From: Blastocatellia bacterium
GTDB lineage: Bacteria > Acidobacteriota > Blastocatellia > UBA7656
Reading direction: 5' to 3'
Assembly: GCA_963765495.1 (NCBI GenBank)
Contig: CAVXWP010000003.1
Span: 64,001-128,000 of the forward strand
DNA length: 64,000 nt
This document shows, one piece after another, positions 20,114 to 31,240 of the stretch. Position 1 is the first letter of the stretch. The number at the start of each line of letters is the position of its first letter. Below the pieces are notes generated by a model, which was given only the letters and a program-made list of their open reading frames with translations, was not told where the DNA came from and ran no database searches. Both the position numbers and the translations under genes were made by a program.

Positions 20114-22615
20114 ATGTTTGTTTTCGACGCCAAGCTATCGACTGCGGCTGAGAGCGCGGGCGCGGCGACGGCTCAACAGAAGCAACCGACAGCAGAGCCA
20201 CTCTCGCCCGAACAACTTGCCAGCATGCAAGGCTACTGGCAGGCCGCCAATTATCTCACCGTCGGCCAGATATATCTGTCGGAGAATCCACTGCTCAGGG
20301 AGCCGCTCAAGGCAGAGCATATCAAGCCCCGCCTGCTTGGACACTGGGGCACCTCCTCAGGGCAAAATTTTATCTATGGCCATTTGAACAGGCTGATCAA
20401 GGAGAAGGATGCCGGCATAATTTACATCTCCGGCCCCGGCCACGGTGGTCCGGCGCTGAATGCGCACTCTTACCTTGAAGGAACCTATTCTGAGGTTCAC
20501 CCGGACATCACGCCCGATGTTGCCGGGATGAGACTTCTGTTCAGACAGTTTTCGACGCCCGGAGGCGTGCCGAGCCACTGCGGCCCGCATGTGCCCAACT
20601 CTATGCACGAAGGCGGCGAACTTGGGTATTCACTCCTGCACGCTTACGGAGCGGCCTTCGACAATCCCGACCTGATAGTTGCCTGCGTGATCGGTGATGG
20701 CGAGGCCGAAACCTGCCCGCTGGAAGGAAGCTGGAAGGGCAACAAGTTTCTCAACCCGGTTCGCGACGGAGCGGTGCTGCCGATCCTTCACCTCAACGGC
20801 TACAAAATATCCGGCCCGACGGTCGAGGGGCGCACTCACGACGAGGAGTTAGAGCAATTATACAAGGGGCGCGGCTACAATCCATATTTCGTCGAGGGCG
20901 ATGATCCGGCGACAATGCATCAAAGCTTCGCTGCGGCTCTCGACAGGTGCTACGGAGAGATTCGGACAATTCAAGAGGACGCGCGGAAGCGAGGGGTGAG
21001 TCAGCGCCCTGCATGGCCTATGATTATCCTGCGGACACCCAAGGGTTGGACCGGCCCAAAAGTTGTGGACGGCCTCCCCGTCGAAGGGACCTTTCGCGCG
21101 CATCAAGTGCCGCTTGCGACCGTTAGGGAAAACCCTCAGCATTTACAGATGCTGGAAGCGTGGATGAAAAGCTACCGCCCGGAAGAACTGTTTGATGATG
21201 AGGGGCGACTGGTCGCTCACCTCGCGGAGATGGCTCCAAAGGGAGAGCGGCGCATGGGCGCTAACCCGCATGTCAACGGCGGGCGGTTGCTGACGGCACT
21301 GGATCTGCCCGACTTCACAAACTACGCGCTTGAAGTTCCCGGTCCCGGTCGAGTCATCGCCGAAGCGCCGCGCAAGCTCGGAGAGTTCTTCGGCGATATC
21401 ATCAAACTCAACCCGAAGAATTTTCGATTGTTCTGCCCTGATGAAACGAATTCCAACCGGCTCAACGCGGTCTTTGAGGCCACGGCGCGATGCACGGTCG
21501 AGGAGACCGTTTCGATTGACGATCACCTCAGCCCGACGGGGCGCGTAATGGAGGTCTTGAGCGAGCATTGCTGCGAGGGCTGGCTCGAAGGCTATTTATT
21601 GACCGGGCGGCACGGTGTCTTTGCCTCATATGAAGCGTTCGCACAAGTGGTAGATTCCATGGTGACGCAGCATGCCAAGTGGATCGAGCAGAGCCGTGAA
21701 TTGCCTTGGCGAAGACCGCTCGCCTCGCTCAACGTCTTTCTGAGCAGCCATGCCTGGCGCAACGATCACAACGGCTTCAGCCATCAGGCACCGGGGTTCG
21801 TTGATAACGCGCTGGCGCGCAGGCGCGAGGTGATTCGCATCTACTACCCACCTGATGCGAACTGCCTGTTGAGCGTCTTCGACCATTGCCTGCGGAGCCG
21901 CAACTATGTCAACGTAGTGACCTGCGGCAAGCAGTATCAACTCCAGTGGCTGAACATGGAGGAGGCGCTTCGACACTGCTCGCGGGGTGCATCGGTGTGG
22001 GAGTTTGCCGGCAACGACGAGGGCAAAGAGCCCGACATCGTGCTGGCGTGCGCCGGAGACGTGCCGACACTGGAGACGTGCGCGGCTTCGTGGCTGCTGC
22101 AAAAGCATGTACCTGGAATAAGGGTGCGCGTTGTGAACGTAGTTGATCTGGGCGTCATGATGAGTCCAAAGCTACACCCGCACGGGATGGATAACCTCGC
22201 CTTTGAAGAACTGTTCACCAGTTCGGTTCCGGTCATCTTTGCCTATCACGGATACACCTGGGCGATTCACTCCATGGTGCACGGTCGTGCCAACGAGGGG
22301 CGATTCCACGTCCGCGGGTTCATTGATGAGGGGACAACCACGACGCCCTTCGATATGGTTGTACTCAATAAAATGAGCCGCTACCACTTGGCCATCGAAG
22401 CGCTCAGATATGTTGCGAGATTGCGGTCGGAGATTTCAGATGTAATCGACCACTTCAACCGTAAGCTCTACGAGCACAAGGTCTATATCGGCGAAAACCT
22501 GAAAGACATGCCTGAGATAGCCAATTGGCGATGGACGGATGATTTTAGCGAACCGAGCGCGCCGCCGCCTCTGGCCAAAGGGCAACCACACAGTCAGACG
22601 TTCACCGACGCTTAG
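20114..22615 (+). CDS. xfp: Xylulose-5-P/fructose-6-P phosphoketolase
   Basis: [30 protein letters not shown] (TPP), DHNGFSHQ. Confidence 0.95.
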   Translation: MFVFDAKLSTAAESAGAATAQQKQPTAEPLSPEQLASMQGYWQAANYLTVGQIYLSENPLLREPLKAEHIKPRLLGHWGTSSGQNFIYGHLNRLIKEKDAGIIYISGPGHGGPALNAHSYLEGTYSEVHPDITPDVAGMRLLFRQFSTPGGVPSHCGPHVPNSMHEGGELGYSLLHAYGAAFDNPDLIVACVIGDGEAETCPLEGSWKGNKFLNPVRDGAVLPILHLNGYKISGPTVEGRTHDEELEQLYKGRGYNPYFVEGDDPATMHQSFAAALDRCYGEIRTIQEDARKRGVSQRPAWPMIILRTPKGWTGPKVVDGLPVEGTFRAHQVPLATVRENPQHLQMLEAWMKSYRPEELFDDEGRLVAHLAEMAPKGERRMGANPHVNGGRLLTALDLPDFTNYALEVPGPGRVIAEAPRKLGEFFGDIIKLNPKNFRLFCPDETNSNRLNAVFEATARCTVEETVSIDDHLSPTGRVMEVLSEHCCEGWLEGYLLTGRHGVFASYEAFAQVVDSMVTQHAKWIEQSRELPWRRPLASLNVFLSSHAWRNDHNGFSHQAPGFVDNALARRREVIRIYYPPDANCLLSVFDHCLRSRNYVNVVTCGKQYQLQWLNMEEALRHCSRGASVWEFAGNDEGKEPDIVLACAGDVPTLETCAASWLLQKHVPGIRVRVVNVVDLGVMMSPKLHPHGMDNLAFEELFTSSVPVIFAYHGYTWAIHSMVHGRANEGRFHVRGFIDEGTTTTPFDMVVLNKMSRYHLAIEALRYVARLRSEISDVIDHFNRKLYEHKVYIGENLKDMPEIANWRWTDDFSEPSAPPPLAKGQPHSQTFTDA

Positions 22616-22643
22616 ATCGGTTTGCGATATGAAGATCGGATTT

Positions 22644-22677
22644 GTTTGACAGGATTACGTTGCTAATCCTGTCAAAC
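22644..22677. terminator. 14-bp perfect hairpin between convergent xfp and atpF; member of a small repeat family
   Basis: GTTTGACAGGATTA-cgttgc-TAATCCTGTCAAAC; related copy at 45436-45504. Confidence 0.65.
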
Positions 22678-22703
22678 TGTTTTCACTATTCATTTATCGA
22701 GTC

Positions 22704-23459
22704 TCAGACTCGAATCGAGGCATCGCGCGGAGTCGTTCGGGCTTCCTCTAATTGTCCGGCAAGCGATGCATCCCACAGATGCCCGCCGATTCGCAAGCGA
22801 ACCCCGCCGATCAGTGCAGGATTCGCCACTACGCTCAGCGCCAGTCTCTTGCCGACGACACTGATAATTGTTTCGTTGATTTGCTTCAATGTTTCGTCGC
22901 CCGTTTTGCGGGCCGTTTCCAGAAGGGCTGTATCTTCGGTTTTCAGGTCGCGCTGCAACTGTTCGCGTTGATCTGCTGGAATGCCACTCAGCGTTTCGAT
23001 CAGATGTTTCTCAAGCTGCGCTTGCAGCGTACTGTCAGCCGACTGCCGCAACAATCGCTCTGCAAGATTGATCGCCTGCGTGACGATTTCGCCGGAGAGT
23101 TTCTCAAGCATCTCTTCGCGGTCGCTTGCGAGTGCGCGGCGGGCCTCTTGCTGACGCTGCACTACTCTCCTTTCCGTTTCATCTAGACTATTTTTTCGCT
23201 CGATCTCTATCTGATTGTGAGCCTGAGAGATGATCTCCTGTCGCTTCCGGTCCATCTCGGCGAGTCTCGCTTCAAGCTCTTGCTTGATCACCACTGCCTC
23301 CGCGCGAGCCTTTTCCGCTTCCTCCTGCGTCTGTCTGACCGACTGGCGGCGGCGTTCAATGGCTTCGTGTAACGGACGGTAAAGCAGACGGTGGAGGACA
23401 TAAGCCAGCACAACGAAGTTGATCAGTTCGAGAAGAAATGTCCACGGATTGAAGCTCAT
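22704..23459 (-). CDS. atpF: N-ATPase b subunit (long, with delta-like C-terminus)
   Basis: WTFLLELINFVVLAYVLHRLLYRP, coiled coil, LIGGVRLRIGG. Confidence 0.9.
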   Translation of the reverse strand: MSFNPWTFLLELINFVVLAYVLHRLLYRPLHEAIERRRQSVRQTQEEAEKARAEAVVIKQELEARLAEMDRKRQEIISQAHNQIEIERKNSLDETERRVVQRQQEARRALASDREEMLEKLSGEIVTQAINLAERLLRQSADSTLQAQLEKHLIETLSGIPADQREQLQRDLKTEDTALLETARKTGDETLKQINETIISVVGKRLALSVVANPALIGGVRLRIGGHLWDASLAGQLEEARTTPRDASIRV

Positions 23460-23463
23460 CTCC

Positions 23464-23730
23464 TCAGCCTCCGATCAGATTAGTGAAAGGATTGGCAAAG
23501 AGCAGTATCAACGCGATGACCAGGCAATAGATGGCCAGTGATTCGATCATCGCCAGGCCGACAAAGAGCGTGCGGCTGATGCGGTCGGCCGCGTCCGGCT
23601 GTCGCGCAATCGCATCCAGCGCTGAACTGACCGCGCGCCCCTGACTGATTGCCGGGCCGATGGTTCCAATCGCGACCGTCAATCCGGCGACGATCATCGC
23701 GACGATGACAAAGATAGTATGTGCACTCAT
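23464..23730 (-). CDS. atpE: N-ATPase c subunit
   Basis: ARQP loop, IESLAIY, LFANPF. Confidence 0.95.
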   Translation of the reverse strand: MSAHTIFVIVAMIVAGLTVAIGTIGPAISQGRAVSSALDAIARQPDAADRISRTLFVGLAMIESLAIYCLVIALILLFANPFTNLIGG

Positions 23731-23740
23731 TATTCCTCCT

Positions 23741-24412
23741 TCAATTATCTGTCTGTGACCGAAGAGCCGCGCTTAAATAAACAACTGTGAGAACCGCGAA
23801 AATATATGCCTGCACAAGGCCCGTCAGCACCGCAAGCATCATGATCGGGATGGGCACAAGCAACCCGGCGATTAAAAGCAGCACGGCGATCACCAGTTCT
23901 TCGCTCATGATGTTTCCGAATAATCGAACGGCCAGCGCAAGCGTGCGCGAAAATTCGGTTATGATCTCAAGCGGCAGCATCAATGGTGTTGGCTCAAGGT
24001 AATGTCTGAGATAGCCATTCAGGCCGCGAGCGCGAATTCCGTAAAAAGGGACCGCCAGAAAGACGATCACCGCAAGCGCTGCGGTAGTAGAGAAATCGGC
24101 GGTCGGAGAGCGCATTCCTGGCAAAAGCCCCAGCAGATTGGCCACTCCGATAAAGAGCGCAAGCGTCACCACAAGCGGTGTATAACGCCGCGGGTCGCTG
24201 CCGAACATATCCTTCATAATCTCTTCGAAGTGCTCGACCAGGAACTCGGCAGCCACCTGCCAGCCTGACATGCGCTGCATGCCTGCGCGCACAAGAAGCG
24301 CAAAGATGATGAGCATCGCCGACACTATAAGCGAGTAAATGACTGTTCCGGCGATCTCGACGGGGCCGACCTTCAGCACCATACCAGCAAACAGACTGCT
24401 GCTACTTTCCAT
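23741..24412 (-). CDS. atpB: N-ATPase a subunit
   Basis: SPTAD, LAVRLFGNI, VQAYIFAVL. Confidence 0.93.
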   Translation of the reverse strand: MESSSSLFAGMVLKVGPVEIAGTVIYSLIVSAMLIIFALLVRAGMQRMSGWQVAAEFLVEHFEEIMKDMFGSDPRRYTPLVVTLALFIGVANLLGLLPGMRSPTADFSTTAALAVIVFLAVPFYGIRARGLNGYLRHYLEPTPLMLPLEIITEFSRTLALAVRLFGNIMSEELVIAVLLLIAGLLVPIPIMMLAVLTGLVQAYIFAVLTVVYLSAALRSQTDN

Positions 24413-24674
24413 CGCTTCTGCCTCCCAGGCGATACAAAAGATAGAAGCGTGCAATCCAGAAACCGCCGAATCCTGCCAGTGCCTGTACGGTGTTTCGGTT
24501 GCCCAACGCGTAAAAGGCCGCGCCAAATAGCATGATGCGCGCTAGCCAGCTCATCGTAACAAGCGCGGCTCCCTGCTGCCTTCCGATGACCTGCCGCACG
24601 GTCAGCCACAAACCGCCAAAGTAAATCAATCCGATGATCGCCCCCGTTGCGATTGCTGTAATCAAGTTTATCAT
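24402..24674 (-). CDS. atpR: N-ATPase AtpR subunit
   Basis: GLIYFGGLWLTVR..SWLAR; position between atpQ and atpB. Confidence 0.85.
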   Translation of the reverse strand: MINLITAIATGAIIGLIYFGGLWLTVRQVIGRQQGAALVTMSWLARIMLFGAAFYALGNRNTVQALAGFGGFWIARFYLLYRLGGRSDGK

Positions 24675-24946
24675 TCGAGATGCTCTCGGACGTGCCGCCA
24701 GGCGCTCAGGCAACCGAGCACCAAACCGATCAGGAGCAACGACAGGGTCCAGAAGATGCCTTGCTCAAAACGGCGATCGAACCAGCGGCCAATAAAGATG
24801 CCTATGAGTGCCGGCACAACTACCATCCAGCCAACCGCGCCGACCAGGCTCAGCCCTTGCCAGAAACTCATTTGCCGGCCGTGGCGAGCGCGCTCAGCCT
24901 GTTGCCGCACCTCCTTCACGAAATGATCTTCATCGTGCCCGGCCAT
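24671..24946 (-). CDS. atpQ: N-ATPase AtpQ (AtpZ/AtpI family)
   Basis: GLSLVGAVGWMVVVP..GRWFD..WTLSLL..GCLSAW. Confidence 0.85.
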   Translation of the reverse strand: MAGHDEDHFVKEVRQQAERARHGRQMSFWQGLSLVGAVGWMVVVPALIGIFIGRWFDRRFEQGIFWTLSLLLIGLVLGCLSAWRHVREHLE

Positions 24947-24948
24947 AT

Positions 24949-25248
24949 TCAATCGCGCCCTTCAACGTGGCTGCTCAGTTCACGCAACAACCTCGCGCGC
25001 AATCCCGCAAATTCGGTACTAGCTTTCTCCTCGTGTCTTCGCCGCGCTTCAAGCATTGACTCGGCCCGGTCGGCCACCTCGTCGAGCCGATCAGCTACGA
25101 CCGCCTCGCGTGTGACGATTGAAACCCGGTCGCTTTCGAAAAGCAGCACGCCTCCGTCCGCAGCAGCGTACCGCTCGCGTCCATCCTCCTGGCGGAAGCT
25201 GAGCACACAGGGAACGAGCAGGGTGAGAAACTTCTGATGATCGGGCAT
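24949..25248 (-). pseudogene. atpC: N-ATPase epsilon subunit, N-terminal ~30 aa apparently missing
   Basis: Begins at the internal (L/M)PDH motif; YAAADGGVL; only ~40 bp separate it from the upstream P-ATPase, so atpD is absent. Confidence 0.75.
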
Positions 25249-25289
25249 CGGCTGGCAACCTTTTCGACTTCGCCTCTTTGACGGCCTAT

Positions 25290-27788
25290 TTAATCAGCCC
25301 GGTGGCTGGTCTGCTGATTGTCGCGCTTTCTCTCGATAAGGCTAAAGAGTTCAGCCCCACCCCAGGTTAGCAGCACAGCCGAAGTGACCACCATCAGCAT
25401 CTCTAACGTGAGCGGCTCAAGCCCTAACAATGTGCGCAAGCCCGGCAACAATACCGTGAGCAATTGCAGAACTATGGTAGAAATCACCGCCAAAAATAAC
25501 GCCCCGTTGAATTGTGGCGGCGCATTGATTCGCCGCGCCGGATAGGCATAAAACATCTGCCCGATCGTCGCGTGCAAGAAGATCGCCGTCTGTGTTTCAA
25601 GCAGCGTAAACCCACTCATCGGCAGCGCCACGAGCACCGCACCACCGACAAGCCCCTTGAGGCTGCCCGTAATCAGGATAAACCGTAATGATTTCATGTC
25701 GAGCAGCGACGATTGCGGATCGCGCGGTTGCTCCCGCATCACGCAGGGGTCGCGGTCCAATCCGAGGGCGAGCGCGGGCGGACCGTCCGTGACGATGTTG
25801 ACCCAGAGCAGTTGCACTGCGGTCAGCGGAAGTAGCACTGCGCCCGCTTCATCGCGCAACCCGAGCAGTACAGCACCAAACGCGCCTCCAACCACGATCA
25901 GGATTTCGGCCAGATTCGTAGAAAAGAGAAAGCGAATGAACTTCTGTATGTTTTCATAGATATTGCGGCCTTCCTCGATTGCCGCAACTATAGTGGCGAA
26001 GTTGTCATCCATCAGCACAAGGTCTGCGACCTCGCGTGAAACATCGCTGCCGCGCTCGCCCATCGCTATGCCCACATCCGAGCGTTTGAGCGCAGGCGCA
26101 TCGTTTACGCCATCACCGGTCATCGCAACGATCTGGCCGTTTTGCTTGAACGCTTCGACCAGTCGCAGCTTATGCTCGGGTGCGACGCGAGCGAAGATGT
26201 TTGTCTCCCTCACGGCTGTGCGCACCGCTTCCGGCGAAAGCTTTTCCAGTTCCAGCCCCGTCAATACGCGGCTAGGCGGAATGCCGACTTCGTGCGCAAC
26301 GGCCAGAGCCGTAGCCGGATGATCGCCCGTCACCATCACTACGCGGATGCCCGCCGCCTGCGCACGTCTGATCGCTTCGGGCACTTCCCTGCGTGGCGGA
26401 TCCCACAACATCACGAGGCCGAGCAGTTCCAACTCATCATCGCCTTCGCCTGCGCGCCATCCAAGCGCGAGCACGCGAAAGCCTTCACGCGCATAAGCGT
26501 CGGCTTTCTCTTCCCACACGCGGCGCTCTTCGACAGAAAGGAGACTTCGCTCAAGGATCAATTCCGGCGCGCCCTTGATGTAGCTCGCCGGATGACCGCT
26601 TTCGCTCACTGTTACACGCATGAATCTATTCACGCTGTCGAAGGGCAAACTGCTCAGGCGCGGGGCCTCCATTTGGGCGCTCGCCGGATCGAGCCCGCGT
26701 TTGCGGGCATATTCAAGCAAGGCAAGTTCAAGCGGATCGCCCGCGCCCGATGCTGCATCGGCATCGTTTGCAAGGACCATCGCGCGCAGGGCGCGATCAG
26801 ATGAGGGGCTGTCCAGGTCTTTGACAAACATCCGATTTTCGGTCAGCGTTCCGGTCTTGTCTGTGGCGATTACCGTGACCGAGCCGAGCGCTTCAACGGC
26901 TGAGAGCCGACGCACGACGGCTCGGCGTTTCGCCATGCGCTCGACCCCTAGCGCAAGTGTCAGCGTAAGCACAGCCGGCAAGCCTTCGGGCACGGCGGCT
27001 ACGGCCAGCGCAACCGCGAAGAGAAAGACATGGCTCAATTGACTGAGCCCCTCGACCATCAACCCGCCAACAGCAATCAACACGACCAGTGCCAGTACCG
27101 CGCGTGCAATCTGTTTGCCGAATCTTTCGAGCCTGCGCTCAAGCGGCGTTCTTCCGGCTTCAATGCTGCCAAGCATCACGGCAAGCCGACCCATTGTGCT
27201 CTGCTCGCCCGTGCGGCTGACCTCGAAGTAACTTTTGCCGCGTATGAGCAGCGTCCCGCTGAAGACCTCGCTGCCCACATCCTTCTCGAGGGGAACAGAT
27301 TCGCCGGTCAGCACCGATTCATCCACCATCGCACCACCAGCTTCGACAAGGATGCCGTCAGCCGGGATGCGATCACCAGCCTCGACCCGCACTACATCGC
27401 CAGGGACAAGCTCGGTAATAGAGATGTGCGAGAGTTTGCCGTCGCGCCGCGCCCAGACAAGAGGCGTAGTCATCTCTTTCAATTTCGCGAGCGCGGCTTC
27501 GGATTTGCTTTCCTGATAAACGCCAAGACCGGCGTTGAGCAGCAGGATGATACCGATGGCGATTGATTCAACTGGCAATGCCACCGCTCCCCCGACAAAC
27601 CAGATCACGCCGTCCACGACTAGCGCGAAGAGGAGGATATAGATAAGAGGGCTTTGAAACTGGCGCAGGAAACGTCGCCAGACGGGAGTGGGCGGCTTTT
27701 CAGGCAGAGTATTCGGCCTGTACTTTTGCAAGCGAGCAATCGCTTCTGCGCTCGTCAGGCCCGGATGTTTTTCGGAGACTGGTGGCAT
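25290..27788 (-). CDS. Cation-translocating P-type ATPase (type IIA-like)
   Basis: [31 protein letters not shown]. Confidence 0.93.
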   Translation of the reverse strand: MPPVSEKHPGLTSAEAIARLQKYRPNTLPEKPPTPVWRRFLRQFQSPLIYILLFALVVDGVIWFVGGAVALPVESIAIGIILLLNAGLGVYQESKSEAALAKLKEMTTPLVWARRDGKLSHISITELVPGDVVRVEAGDRIPADGILVEAGGAMVDESVLTGESVPLEKDVGSEVFSGTLLIRGKSYFEVSRTGEQSTMGRLAVMLGSIEAGRTPLERRLERFGKQIARAVLALVVLIAVGGLMVEGLSQLSHVFLFAVALAVAAVPEGLPAVLTLTLALGVERMAKRRAVVRRLSAVEALGSVTVIATDKTGTLTENRMFVKDLDSPSSDRALRAMVLANDADAASGAGDPLELALLEYARKRGLDPASAQMEAPRLSSLPFDSVNRFMRVTVSESGHPASYIKGAPELILERSLLSVEERRVWEEKADAYAREGFRVLALGWRAGEGDDELELLGLVMLWDPPRREVPEAIRRAQAAGIRVVMVTGDHPATALAVAHEVGIPPSRVLTGLELEKLSPEAVRTAVRETNIFARVAPEHKLRLVEAFKQNGQIVAMTGDGVNDAPALKRSDVGIAMGERGSDVSREVADLVLMDDNFATIVAAIEEGRNIYENIQKFIRFLFSTNLAEILIVVGGAFGAVLLGLRDEAGAVLLPLTAVQLLWVNIVTDGPPALALGLDRDPCVMREQPRDPQSSLLDMKSLRFILITGSLKGLVGGAVLVALPMSGFTLLETQTAIFLHATIGQMFYAYPARRINAPPQFNGALFLAVISTIVLQLLTVLLPGLRTLLGLEPLTLEMLMVVTSAVLLTWGGAELFSLIERKRDNQQTSHRAD

Positions 27789-27871
27789 CGTGTAATCTCG
27801 ACCAAATTAGTGCAATTGCAATGAACATCTTGTGCAAGTCAGCGACGGTAAATTGGTTAAAATAAAACGCA

Positions 27872-28610
27872 GCTGTACTTAGCCAACTTCATCGCTCTTC
27901 TCGCCCTGTGTAGCCGGACCTCCCACCTGTCCACGAAAGCGAAATTTTGGTGAACTGATGCACACATTCCAGACAAAATCGCTTCAAATAAACTCGCCAG
28001 AACTTATCCCAATCCATACTGGCAGGGCCGGTCCAAGCCAGCCACATCGGGCGACTGTATCGGCGTTTGCCATCTGGCCTGAAGACTTCTGCCCGCACGG
28101 CGTACAACTGCGTCTTGGGCCCCGATCTTACATGCACCTGCTCCCAGGCCGATATAATGATGACCGATGACCGCGCCATTAGCCCCATGGACATAGCCTC
28201 GATCAGAAAGGGGCGGCGCGGATGGCCGTGGATAAGGAGTATGATCGAGAGCATAATGCGCCCAGCCATCAAAGAGCAGAGAGCCGGTCGATTCTGCTTG
28301 CCTCACCAGCAAGGGACGCAAACTCTGGCCGTCGATTCTGGTCCGCTCGACAGCTTTGTAGAGGCTGGCGAAGTTGCGCTCCATAGTGGGGCTGAGGGAA
28401 ATTTCGACAGCCGAGCGCGCATCGCGGCTGGCGGCAATAGCATCAATGATCTCAAAGGCAGCATCCCGACTCGGCCAAAGAGTTTGGTATATTGCTTGAC
28501 GAAACTGGCGAAGAGATTCAAGTGGAATTACCATGGCTTGAGTCTCTGCCAGTTCAACTTTTTTTCAAAGAGCACACTGAGGGTGACGCCATTTTTGTCT
28601 AAACTCGAGT
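27872..28610 (-). mobile_element. Internally deleted DDE transposase (IS701/IS4-like superfamily)
   Basis: FRQAIY..RDAAFEIIDA..SLSP..SLYKA; ALDHTPYPRP; second frame PMWLAW..YLKRFCLE; ends not clearly defined. Confidence 0.75.
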
Positions 28611-28643
28611 CACATGCAACTGTAAACCGATCTAATCATCAAC

Positions 28644-28678
28644 CACTGATCAGTGATCACTGATCACTGATCAGTGAT
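28644..28678. repeat. Five tandem CASTGAT heptamers, self-complementary
   Basis: cactgat cagtgat cactgat cactgat cagtgat spanning the RND remnant stop codon. Confidence 0.8.
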
Positions 28679-29025
28679 CACCAGCAGTTCCTTTCTTTTT
28701 CGTTCGCTCATATAGTAGAGCACCGGCACAGTCATGCGTGATAGCAGCAGCGAAGCGATCTCTCCAGCCATAAGTGAAATGGCCAAACCTTGAAATATAG
28801 GATCGAACAGGATCACGTCCGAGCCTACGATGACAGCCACAGCCGTCAGCATCATCGGGCGAAAGCGCACTGCGCCCGCGTCAATCACCGCTTCCGCAAG
28901 GGGCATTCCCTGGTCGAGCCTCAGATTGACGAAATCAACGAGGATGATCGAATTGCGAACCACAATGCCTGCGCCAGTTTCCCTGCAAGCCCAAGCCTGC
29001 GCCTTATGTCGGCTCTCTCTTCCAT
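28664..29025 (-). pseudogene. AcrB-family RND permease with most of the gene deleted
   Basis: N-terminus [20 protein letters not shown] joined out of frame to C-terminus [24 protein letters not shown]. Confidence 0.85.
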
Positions 29026-29055
29026 GACGCTCACCCTCTTTGAACTCAAATCCCT

Positions 29056-29840
29056 TTATCGAACCCGGTCGCCATCGCTTATGCGTTCCGTTCCGCTCGT
29101 GATTATCTGCTCGCCTTCGTTCAGCCCTGAGAGTACTTCTACGCCGTCGCCGTAGGTCTTGCCCGATTTAATCAATCGCAGATGCGCGATGCCTTCGCCG
29201 TCAACTACGTACACTCCGGTAAGTTGACCGCGAATGCTCACGGCCGATTGCGGAACGATCATCGTCGGCTTCTGCCCGCGGATGAATCTGGCCCTGCCAA
29301 ACACCCCTGAGCGCAGGCCCGCTTTATCGCCGTCAGCGGGAAGGGCGATTTTCAGAGTGAAGCTACGGCTGGCCGCATCAGCCGCCGGAACTATTTCAGC
29401 TACGCTGCCTGTGAGTTCCGCATTACCAAGTGCCTGGATGTTAACGATGACCGGCTCTCCGATCCTCGCAACGGCGATTTGCGACTCTTCTACCGAGGCT
29501 TCCAGGCGATAGCTCGTGTCGTCTTCTATTGTGAGGAGCGGAGCGCCCGGCGCGGCAATCTGGCCTATATCGGTTTGACGGGAAGTGACTATGCCATTGA
29601 TGGGCGATGTGATTCGCGAATACCCTGCAAAAAGCTGCGCGCCAGCTATATCGGTCTTCGCCTGATCTATCCTCGCAAGCGCCTGTTTTCTTCTGGCCGC
29701 GACCATCTGGAGCATGCGGTTAGCGCGCTCTCGCTCGGCTTTGGCTACATCGCGCTTTGCCTGAACCTCGTCGAATTCCTGACGGCTCACAGACCGCCTT
29801 TCGAGCAGCGTCTTGTAGCGATTGAACGTAGCCGTCGCAT
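29056..29840 (-). pseudogene. RND membrane fusion protein, 5'-truncated
   Basis: [37 protein letters not shown]; N-terminus replaced by the TolC fragment. Confidence 0.8.
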
Positions 29841-30445
29841 CGCGGAAGGTATTCGCCGCGAGCGCCTCGCACGCCCTCTCGCGCCGCTTCCATATTGAAT
29901 CGAGCTAGAGCCATTTCGGGCCGATTCCGCAAACCAAGCCGGATCAACTCTTCCTGGCTCTCTACCTGAAAAGCCTTCTCCACAAGCTGGCCCGCGATCT
30001 TCTGAGGCGTGTCAATCGAGATGCCGAGCGCAGTATTGAGCGCGGCCTGCGCCGTGATTATGTCTCCATCGGCTTGAATCTGCTGCTGGCGAAACTCGGC
30101 CAACTGCACCTCTACGGCCAGCAGGTCGGAGCCGACTACAACACCTGTGTCGAACATGTCATTTATGCGTTTCACATCGGATTCAGCCAGCCGGACGGCC
30201 TCATCAGCAACCTCTTTTTTAGCGCGGGCGACAAGCAGACCGTAATAAGCCCTCAAGACCTCGAAGCGTATCTTTTGCTGAACGAGGAGTCTTTCGGTGT
30301 CGGCCTTGCGGCGTCCGATCTCGGCCCGGCTGATCCTGGTTTCGCTCTGCCGCTGATCGAATACCGGCATGCGAAATGTGACCGATGAGCGAAAGTTGTT
30401 GAGCGAGTCGGGGTTGTTCAGGAATCGAGGGTCGAAATTTTCAGC
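29841..30445 (-). pseudogene. TolC-family outer membrane factor, internal fragment
   Basis: VLRAYY, GSDLLAVEV, AALNTALG, NRPE, ARGEYLP then junction. Confidence 0.8.
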
Positions 30446-30614
30446 TGAGCCTGCTTGGGGATGCGGGGCTGGTCGCGCGCCGCAAGGAGGGGCTGAATGT
30501 CTACTACCGCGTAGCTGATGCCTCCATTTTCAATCTATGCGAGGCCGTATGCACGAGCCTCGGCGAGCGACTGGCCGCGCAGCACGACGCGGTGCGAAGC
30601 TTTCAAGGAAAGTA
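30445..30614 (+). pseudogene. ArsR-family regulator, C-terminal fragment
   Basis: Manual translation: LLGDAGLVARRKEGLNVYYRVADASIFNLCEAVC; no start. Confidence 0.75.
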
Positions 30615-30637
30615 GCCTTGACGATCCGGCGACCGGA

Positions 30638-30889
30638 TCACCATCTCCTGTAGTGGCGACCGTAGTATGAGACAGTCGGGCTAGTTGACTTGATGCGGTT
30701 CATGGTTTCGCGGTCGAGCGTAAAGGTGATATGCGGAGGCGGCGGAGAGAGTAATCGCAGGATGTCGCAAAACGGTGTCGCTTTGAGGTTCAGGTTATAG
30801 GCTATGACAAGAGGAGTTTCAAGATTCACGACATCCTGAATGTTGTAGGCGAGCAGCGTTTCAAGCGTCCTTTCATTTCGATTCCTCAC
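30638..30889 (-). pseudogene. C-terminal fragment of a YprB-like RNase H-fold exonuclease, truncated at the MITE
   Basis: LETLLAYNIQDVVNLE..AYNLNLKATPF. Confidence 0.6.
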
Positions 30890-31033
30890 CAGCAATTCTC
30901 GGTTTAGAAATTCTGTCTTAACAAGAAGTGAACCACGAAATACACGAAGCACACGAAATAGAAGAATTATTCGTGTATTTAGTGTGTTTCGTGGTATATC
31001 CCGGTGCGATTTCCTCTAAACCGAGAATTGCTG
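30890..31033 (+). mobile_element. 144-bp MITE, copy 1 (no target-site duplication)
   Basis: 19-bp terminal inverted repeats CAGCAATTCTCGGTTTAGA; reverse complement of 39378-39521. Confidence 0.9.
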
Positions 31034-31240
31034 GTTTACTCCGTTGCTCTTTTCCTTTCTACTGATGCTGATAGCCATTACAATGTTCCATATCCTTATA
31101 TCGGAGGTGACCAAAAGACTCTTCCATAACCTGATTGATCGGTCTGACCGCCCTGCCCGCGCGCGCACATTGTAATGGAGAAGATGATGGCGGGGCTTTA
31201 CAGGCATCCCTGGTAAAACACCGCATCCAGAGGAGCATAC

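Noticed and set aside
30930-30995. Possible CRISPR array in the ACACGAAAT repeats
   Set aside because: Units are ~9 bp with no spacers, lie inside the MITE, and no cas genes are present.
31032-31048. Sigma54 promoter for the hydrogenase at the MITE edge
   Set aside because: Spacing is GG-N11-GC, and sigma54 requires N10.
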